Origin: an uncultured Planctomycetales bacterium
GTDB taxonomy: Bacteria > Omnitrophota > Gorgyraeia > Zapsychrales > JANLHA01
Length of the DNA: 64,000 bases
Direction of reading: 5' to 3'
NCBI GenBank assembly: GCA_964489065.1
Contig: CAZAXH010000001.1
Coordinates: 310,358 to 374,357 of the forward strand
A model generated the notes under the pieces. That model ran no database searches, was not told the DNA's origin, and saw nothing but the letters and a program-made list of their open reading frames with translations. Below, in pieces: positions 58,774-64,000 of this stretch. How positions within the stretch are numbered: the first letter of the stretch is position 1; each line of letters starts with the position of its first letter. The position numbers and the translations under genes are program-made.

Positions 58774-59616
58774 TCAGGACAGACTTTTTTTAAGACGTTT
58801 AAACGTTTTGTACCGGACTTTTAAAATTTTCATCGGGTGCCACCAGAACGTCCGGTTAATGCTCTGCAGGTCGGCCCGGCTGAGCGTATGAGCCAAAACC
58901 TTATCCCTCATCACCGCGGGATGCGTCCCGAAATAAGCGGGGAACCTGGATAAATCCCCGAACGAATACATGTCCCGGTCATCCTGCGGACTCAAAGCCG
59001 CATACCCGATTTCCTTAGCGTTGCTCCGGCGCTGTGCCATAACGGCTTCGGAATGCACCCACCCGTAATGATAAAGAAGACAGCCCGTATTTTTCCTCCC
59101 GAGGGGACGGCCGTCTTTGCGCCGGAACCCGTAGGCGTCGCCGAACGACTCAACCTGCCCGTTATTGCGGATAATCCGGTCCTGTTTTTGATACCAGCCC
59201 CTATCAATCCGGTATCGGTAATAACTCCCGTAAAAATGCAGCCAGCGGAACCTTAAGGCATCCACCCCGGGCTCGTTCAAACAGGCTTTCATGCACCGCC
59301 TCAAAGCCGGCAAATCCTTCTCATGCAAGACCTCATCCGACTGCAAATACACCGCCCAGTCGCCGCGGCAAGCGGCCAAAGCCAGATTGGTCTGCTGGGA
59401 AAGGACCTCTTTGCCTAAAGACATATCCCAGCGGTTTTGCAGAATCTTGATTTTGGGGTCACGGACAGACCGGACAAGCCCCAAAGTATCGTCTTCAGAA
59501 TCACCAACATTAACGATCATTTCATCGCACAACGGCAGGACGGACAGGATAGATTCTACCAAAGGGTATTGAAATTTGACCGCATTGCGGGCAATCGTAA
59601 AGCCGCTGATTTTCAT
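58774..59616 (-). CDS. glycosyltransferase family 2-like
   Basis: MKISGFTIARNAVKFQYPLVESI...GDSEDDT. The start was set at the ATG at 59616, which has a GGAGGAAAG SD. Confidence 0.55.
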   Translation of the reverse strand: MKISGFTIARNAVKFQYPLVESILSVLPLCDEMIVNVGDSEDDTLGLVRSVRDPKIKILQNRWDMSLGKEVLSQQTNLALAACRGDWAVYLQSDEVLHEKDLPALRRCMKACLNEPGVDALRFRWLHFYGSYYRYRIDRGWYQKQDRIIRNNGQVESFGDAYGFRRKDGRPLGRKNTGCLLYHYGWVHSEAVMAQRRSNAKEIGYAALSPQDDRDMYSFGDLSRFPAYFGTHPAVMRDKVLAHTLSRADLQSINRTFWWHPMKILKVRYKTFKRLKKSLS

Positions 59617-59753
59617 GACTTTCCTCCTGCCTGAAATGGTTTCAGGAATCCTTGCGACAGTAACCCTACCGTTGCAAAGAACCCGGCCCAGGGTCAGCAT
59701 TCAAACAGCCCACGGCCCCTCACGTGTTCTGAAAAAAATTCAAAAGCAAAACT

Positions 59754-60920
59754 TCAAGCCGCGGAGCCTGCATGATGGCCACAGGCCAAAGTCCGCTCAA
59801 CATGACATTGATCTTTAAAAACCTTCTGGTACACCCGCCATGTTTCTTCCGCTGTCTTACGGAAGGAGAAATCCTCGGCTCTTTTTAAAGCGGCGGCTTT
59901 AAGCCGTCGCCGGTGTTCTTGATCTTGCATAATGCGGCGGACAGCTTCTGCGATCGCCTCTGGGGATTCGGGATCAATCATTTCCGCCGCACCGGCGGCC
60001 ACTTCCTCGCAGGCCGACCCCCTTGAGGTGATCACCGGCGCCCCGCAACAAAAGGCTTCCAGGACCGGGAAGCCAAACCCCTCGTAAAAGGAAGGGAACA
60101 CAAAAATATCCGCGCAATTATAAAAACAGCGCAAGTCTTCGTCGGATACAAATCCCGGGAAAAAAATATCCGCCCGCGTCTTCATGCCCGACAAACGCGT
60201 TTCCACCTGGCCCATCATCCAACCCGGCATTCCGACAACCACCAACTGGCCGTTAAAAATCCCGCGCCCCTTCATCAGTTCAAACGCCTCCAAGAGATGG
60301 ACAAGATTTTTCCGCGGCTCTAGGGTCCCCACGAAAAGCAGGAAAGGCCCTGTTACCCCCTTTGCCTGGACGGCCCTCCGGGCAGCATCCAGCGACTGCC
60401 CCTGCAGCGGGAAAAAAATGGTTTTATCAACCCCCTGATGAATCACCGACAACCGCCCCTGATCCACAGGGAAATACCGCATCAGGTCATTGGCCGTTAC
60501 CCGGGAGCAGCAGATAATATGGTCGGCTTTACGGACAACTTCCTGCATCTGCCGTTCGGAAACATCCCGCGTCTGGGGTGTATGCGCCTGGGGGAAAACT
60601 TTATAAATCAGGTCATGAACCGTAACAATGACTTTCCCTTCCGTAAAATCAATAAAATCAAGGCTCGGGGAGTGGTAAATATCTGCCCCGCGAAGGACCG
60701 CCCCCGCCCCGCGGTTGAAATAGTCGGCCTTGACCTTAAAATTTTTAAAAGGAAACCGGGGCGTCCGCCGCCGGAAATCCATGGCTCTTTTCCGGACGTA
60801 AAGCCAGTATTCATTTTCCCGGTCAATCTCCCCCAGGGAATGGACAAGGTTGAAGGCATACCGTCCGATACCCGTCATATTCTTTTTTAAAAACGAGCGG
60901 CCATTAATAGCAATACGCAT
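59754..60920 (-). CDS. glycosyltransferase family 4 (GT-B, retaining)
   Basis: Typical GT4 C-terminal domain (FLLFVGTLEPRKN...EGFGFPVLEA). The start is the ATG at 60920, which has an AGGGAA SD. Confidence 0.8.
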   Translation of the reverse strand: MRIAINGRSFLKKNMTGIGRYAFNLVHSLGEIDRENEYWLYVRKRAMDFRRRTPRFPFKNFKVKADYFNRGAGAVLRGADIYHSPSLDFIDFTEGKVIVTVHDLIYKVFPQAHTPQTRDVSERQMQEVVRKADHIICCSRVTANDLMRYFPVDQGRLSVIHQGVDKTIFFPLQGQSLDAARRAVQAKGVTGPFLLFVGTLEPRKNLVHLLEAFELMKGRGIFNGQLVVVGMPGWMMGQVETRLSGMKTRADIFFPGFVSDEDLRCFYNCADIFVFPSFYEGFGFPVLEAFCCGAPVITSRGSACEEVAAGAAEMIDPESPEAIAEAVRRIMQDQEHRRRLKAAALKRAEDFSFRKTAEETWRVYQKVFKDQCHVERTLACGHHAGSAA

Positions 60921-60976
60921 AAAGATATTCCCTGATTCAGGGATAACCGGGGACACAACCGCGTCCCCGCAGGATC

Positions 60977-62125
60977 TCACGCAGAAAATCCTTTGGATTT
61001 TAAAAAAGCCGCCATCCGTTCCACGACATAATCGAGTTGTGCCAGCCCGATATGCTGATGGATGCCGATATGAAACCCGTGATCCGCGCAATATTCCGAT
61101 TCCGGGAAATCCCCCAAATGATGCCCCAAGAACGCGTAACTCGGACATTGCGTCGGCATGGAATAAAACAAGTTACGGGAATCAACCCCCTGCTGGTCCA
61201 GGTAAGCGACAATCTCGTCTTTGCTGAAATTCAGCCCTTCCCTGAGAATGATCGAAAAGGCGTGCGGGCCGATCTTCTCTCCCTCGTCTTCTTTGATGCT
61301 GATAAAATAGTCGTTGAATTTCCGGAACCGCTCGATCAAATACAGGAGATTGCGCCGCCGGGCGCTGAGGATATCCTCAAAAATCCTGATATTCCCGATC
61401 CCGACCGCGGCTTCTATTTCATTCATTTTGGCCGAAAATCCTATACGCCGGAATTCAAACTTATTGACAATGCCGTGATTCCTCAGCGAGCGGACCGCTT
61501 CGGCCATCTGCTCATCATCCGTAATTACCATCCCGCCCTCAATCGAGGTCACGATATGGGCCGCATAGAGACTGAACGCCGCCATGTGTCCGATCGTGCC
61601 GATAAGCCGGCCCTTATATTCCGCGCCGTGGGCCTCGGCCGCGTCTTCGATAACATACAGCTTATGCTTTGCAGCCAGCGCCATCACCCGGTCCATATCC
61701 GCCGGTTTCCCCATCAAATGCACCGGCATAATCGCGCGCGTGCGTTCCGTAATAGCCGCCTCGATCTTATCAACATCAATGTTCAAGGTTTCCCGTTTAA
61801 CGTCCACAAAAACCGGCTTGAAGCCCGCCTGAAAAACAGCGTTCCCGGTGGCGACAAAAGACAAAGCCGGAACAATAATTTCGTCCCCCCGTTTAGCCCC
61901 GTAATCATAAAGCACCGCGAGACACAAGGCATCAGCATCCGTACCACTGGAAACTGCGATGGCATGTTTCCGTTGAAAAAGCCTGGCAAACAGTTCCTCA
62001 AACTCCGCGACATATTTCCCTCGGGTCACAAACCGCGTTTCTAAAGCCTTATCAATAAGCCCCCGGGCTTCCTCGGTTATGGAAACAGTGCCAAACGGCA
62101 CCCGGTACTGCGTCTTAACTTCCAT
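60977..62125 (-). CDS. DegT/DnrJ/EryC1/StrS-family sugar aminotransferase (second copy)
   Basis: Fold-type I aminotransferase pattern, paralogous to 46742-47848. The start is uncertain: ATG at 62125 or GTG at 62149. Confidence 0.75.
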   Translation of the reverse strand: MEVKTQYRVPFGTVSITEEARGLIDKALETRFVTRGKYVAEFEELFARLFQRKHAIAVSSGTDADALCLAVLYDYGAKRGDEIIVPALSFVATGNAVFQAGFKPVFVDVKRETLNIDVDKIEAAITERTRAIMPVHLMGKPADMDRVMALAAKHKLYVIEDAAEAHGAEYKGRLIGTIGHMAAFSLYAAHIVTSIEGGMVITDDEQMAEAVRSLRNHGIVNKFEFRRIGFSAKMNEIEAAVGIGNIRIFEDILSARRRNLLYLIERFRKFNDYFISIKEDEGEKIGPHAFSIILREGLNFSKDEIVAYLDQQGVDSRNLFYSMPTQCPSYAFLGHHLGDFPESEYCADHGFHIGIHQHIGLAQLDYVVERMAAFLKSKGFSA

Positions 62126-62223
62126 GCTCTGTTCTTTATGCGCGGCCACGATCTTTCCTCGCTTTCCCTGAAAAGGACGCCCATTGACATCCCCGCTGAG
62201 AATTCCGAACTTTCCCAGGTGAT

Positions 62224-62964
62224 TTAAAAAGATTTAAAATGCTTCCGGGCCTCCGCATAGCGCTGAGGAGTCCCGATATCCATAAAACCTGTTTGAATAA
62301 TAAAGCCCAAAAGCGGCGCCGTTAATAAGGCCGGGAAAAAATCCCTTTCCAAAGAAAATGTTTCTTGAGGCGGCAACAAGGAAAAAATTTTCCTGCTCAA
62401 ACAATAAACGCCAGCATTCACGTAAACCCGGTGCCCCCTGGGGAGCCGGACATCTCCTGAAAATTTCTCGCGGAAATCCATAATAATTCCCAAGGGATTG
62501 ACGACGACAGACCCCGTATCCTCACGCGGCGGAACTGCGGACAACGTCAGCGTCGCCAGAGCCTCTTTCCGGGCGTGAAAATCCAACAGGGCTCCGTAAT
62601 CCATATCACACAACGAATCCCCGTTCAGCAGCAGAAACGGATCACTTTGGATCAGGCCCGCCGCCTTTTTAAAGGCGCCGCCTGTTCCCAGGGGAGTCTC
62701 CTCTCTTGAGAAAACAATATCCAGCCCAAGGGGCTCCCGGATGAAATATTCTTCCACCGCCTGGGCCTGGTATCCTGTGCAAAGGATAATCCGGCGGAAC
62801 CCCTGACGGCGAAGCAGGGCCAGCATCAAAAACAAAAACGGCCGATCCCCGATGGCCGCCATTGTTTTCTGGGTAGGTCCGATCTCGGAGCGAAGCCGGG
62901 TCCCCAGGCCTCCGGCTAAAACCACCGCGTCTATCGTACCCGCCTGATTCACATCTCCCCCCAT
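62224..62964 (-). CDS. hddC: D-glycero-alpha-D-manno-heptose 1-phosphate guanylyltransferase-like sugar nucleotidyltransferase
   Basis: AVVLAGGLGTRL NTP-transferase motif in a short (246-aa) nucleotidyltransferase, lying directly downstream of the GHMP heptose kinase gene. Confidence 0.65.
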   Translation of the reverse strand: MGGDVNQAGTIDAVVLAGGLGTRLRSEIGPTQKTMAAIGDRPFLFLMLALLRRQGFRRIILCTGYQAQAVEEYFIREPLGLDIVFSREETPLGTGGAFKKAAGLIQSDPFLLLNGDSLCDMDYGALLDFHARKEALATLTLSAVPPREDTGSVVVNPLGIIMDFREKFSGDVRLPRGHRVYVNAGVYCLSRKIFSLLPPQETFSLERDFFPALLTAPLLGFIIQTGFMDIGTPQRYAEARKHFKSF

Positions 62965-62973
62965 CCGTACGTG

Positions 62974-63969
62974 TTAAACTTTCCCGCTGTAAGGCTGGTA
63001 AAAAATAATCTGTGAGCCCAAATCTTCGAACCGGAACGGAATCAGCAGGGATTTCTTAAGTCTTTCCCGGACCTTTTTCTGGCGCGCCGGAGGGACGAAC
63101 AAAAGAAGGAATCCTCCCCCACCCGCGCCGAGCAGCTTACCGCCGACGGCTCCCGCCTTTCGGGCCGCCGCGTACATATCATCCACAAAAGGGGTTGAAA
63201 TCTTGTCCGAAAGGCTCCGTTTTACCTTCCAGGCCTCGTCAAGAAGTTTGCCAAACGCCAGCATGTCGTTCGCGCTGAGGATATCGACCGCCTGATAAGC
63301 CATCTGATGCAAGGCCTTGTGTTCGGACGTTTTTTGGGGGATATTCCTGATCTGATGCGCGGCAATCTCAGATGCCGTCCGGGAAAACCCCGTAAAAAAA
63401 AGCATCAAATAATTCTCCAGCGTTTTCACCTTGTCGCTGCGGAATGTCACCCGCCGGACCTGAAAATCATTGACACCCCCGAACTCGATAAAATTGAATC
63501 CTCCGTACGCCGCCAACACCTGATCCTGGCACCCGACATTGTCCTGGCACATCTCCTGCTCGACATAAATGGCTTCCTTGGCAAGGCGCTCTTTGGTCGG
63601 CATAATCCCTTTAAGGGCGTAAAGGCTGTTTAAAAGCCCCACCGTAAAGGAAGAACTGGACCCCAGCCCGGTGCGGGCCGGGAGGTCGCCGTCATGATGA
63701 ATTTCTATCCCCTGACGGATCTTTAAAAATCTTAAAACTTCCCGCACCGCCGGATGGTCGATCTCGGAAATCTTCTTCACCAGTTCGGTTTTAGTGTAAA
63801 CGATACGGGACTTATGGCTGAAGAATGGCGGCAGATAGCGGGTGGTAATATAACAATACTTGTCAATCGTCGTGGCCAGCACGGCCCCTTTGTGCTTTTC
63901 ATACCAGGCCGGATAATCCGTCCCTCCTCCAAAAAATGATATGCGAAACGGCGTGCGGCTGATAATCAT
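62974..63969 (-). CDS. hddA: D-glycero-alpha-D-manno-heptose 7-phosphate kinase (GHMP kinase)
   Basis: GHMP kinase motifs are present (ARTGLGSSSSFTVGLL; C-terminal GAGGGGF). Confidence 0.7.
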   Translation of the reverse strand: MIISRTPFRISFFGGGTDYPAWYEKHKGAVLATTIDKYCYITTRYLPPFFSHKSRIVYTKTELVKKISEIDHPAVREVLRFLKIRQGIEIHHDGDLPARTGLGSSSSFTVGLLNSLYALKGIMPTKERLAKEAIYVEQEMCQDNVGCQDQVLAAYGGFNFIEFGGVNDFQVRRVTFRSDKVKTLENYLMLFFTGFSRTASEIAAHQIRNIPQKTSEHKALHQMAYQAVDILSANDMLAFGKLLDEAWKVKRSLSDKISTPFVDDMYAAARKAGAVGGKLLGAGGGGFLLLFVPPARQKKVRERLKKSLLIPFRFEDLGSQIIFYQPYSGKV

Positions 63970-64000
63970 AACGGACCTTTCGTGTTCTGAATTTAATTAA

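Overview
This is a 64-kb stretch of a bacterial chromosome (roughly 55% GC) with a strong coding bias to the minus strand. There are no rRNA or tRNA genes, no CRISPR array and no transposase or integrase.

The window carries housekeeping genes (ileS, mtnP, proC, YggS, gapA, fmt, priA and a partial dksA/traR at the 5' edge) and an AddA/AddB-type helicase-nuclease pair. It has a cobalamin-riboswitch-controlled TonB-dependent receptor module, and a membrane-lipid remodeling block: an ECF sigma/anti-sigma pair, a membrane LbH acyltransferase, a triple-fusion LplT-acyltransferase-acyl-ACP-synthetase, and an alpha/beta hydrolase. There is also an operon of a SET-domain protein with a SpoU-family RNA methyltransferase, two translationally coupled GalT-family paralogs, and a large surface-glycan cluster. 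That cluster contains GDP-heptose genes (hddA, hddC, gmhB), manC, two DegT aminotransferases, GT2, GT4, GT9, GT28 and GT39-like transferases, and a polysaccharide deacetylase.

The most unusual observations are these:
- A 1022-aa protein (37658-40726) joins a complete EF-G to an N-terminal transmembrane helix and a roughly 300-aa coiled coil.
- A roughly 150-nt intergenic element, carrying GCCCATGGGC and an 18-bp perfect palindrome, occurs three times upstream of minus-strand genes, one of them the EF-G fusion.
- A second roughly 170-nt repeat family forms direct repeats flanking the B12-uptake module.
- Five G/C homopolymer tracts of at least 9 nt lie in or next to starts of envelope and regulatory genes, including a G10 inside the BtuB signal peptide.
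- A cysteine-rich protein (21947-22822) has a Flp/class-III-like prepilin N-terminus.
- One GalT paralog has lost the nucleophilic histidine.
- PriA has lost its Walker A motif.

Gene starts were re-examined where the ORF track began at alternative start codons or extended into neighbouring features.
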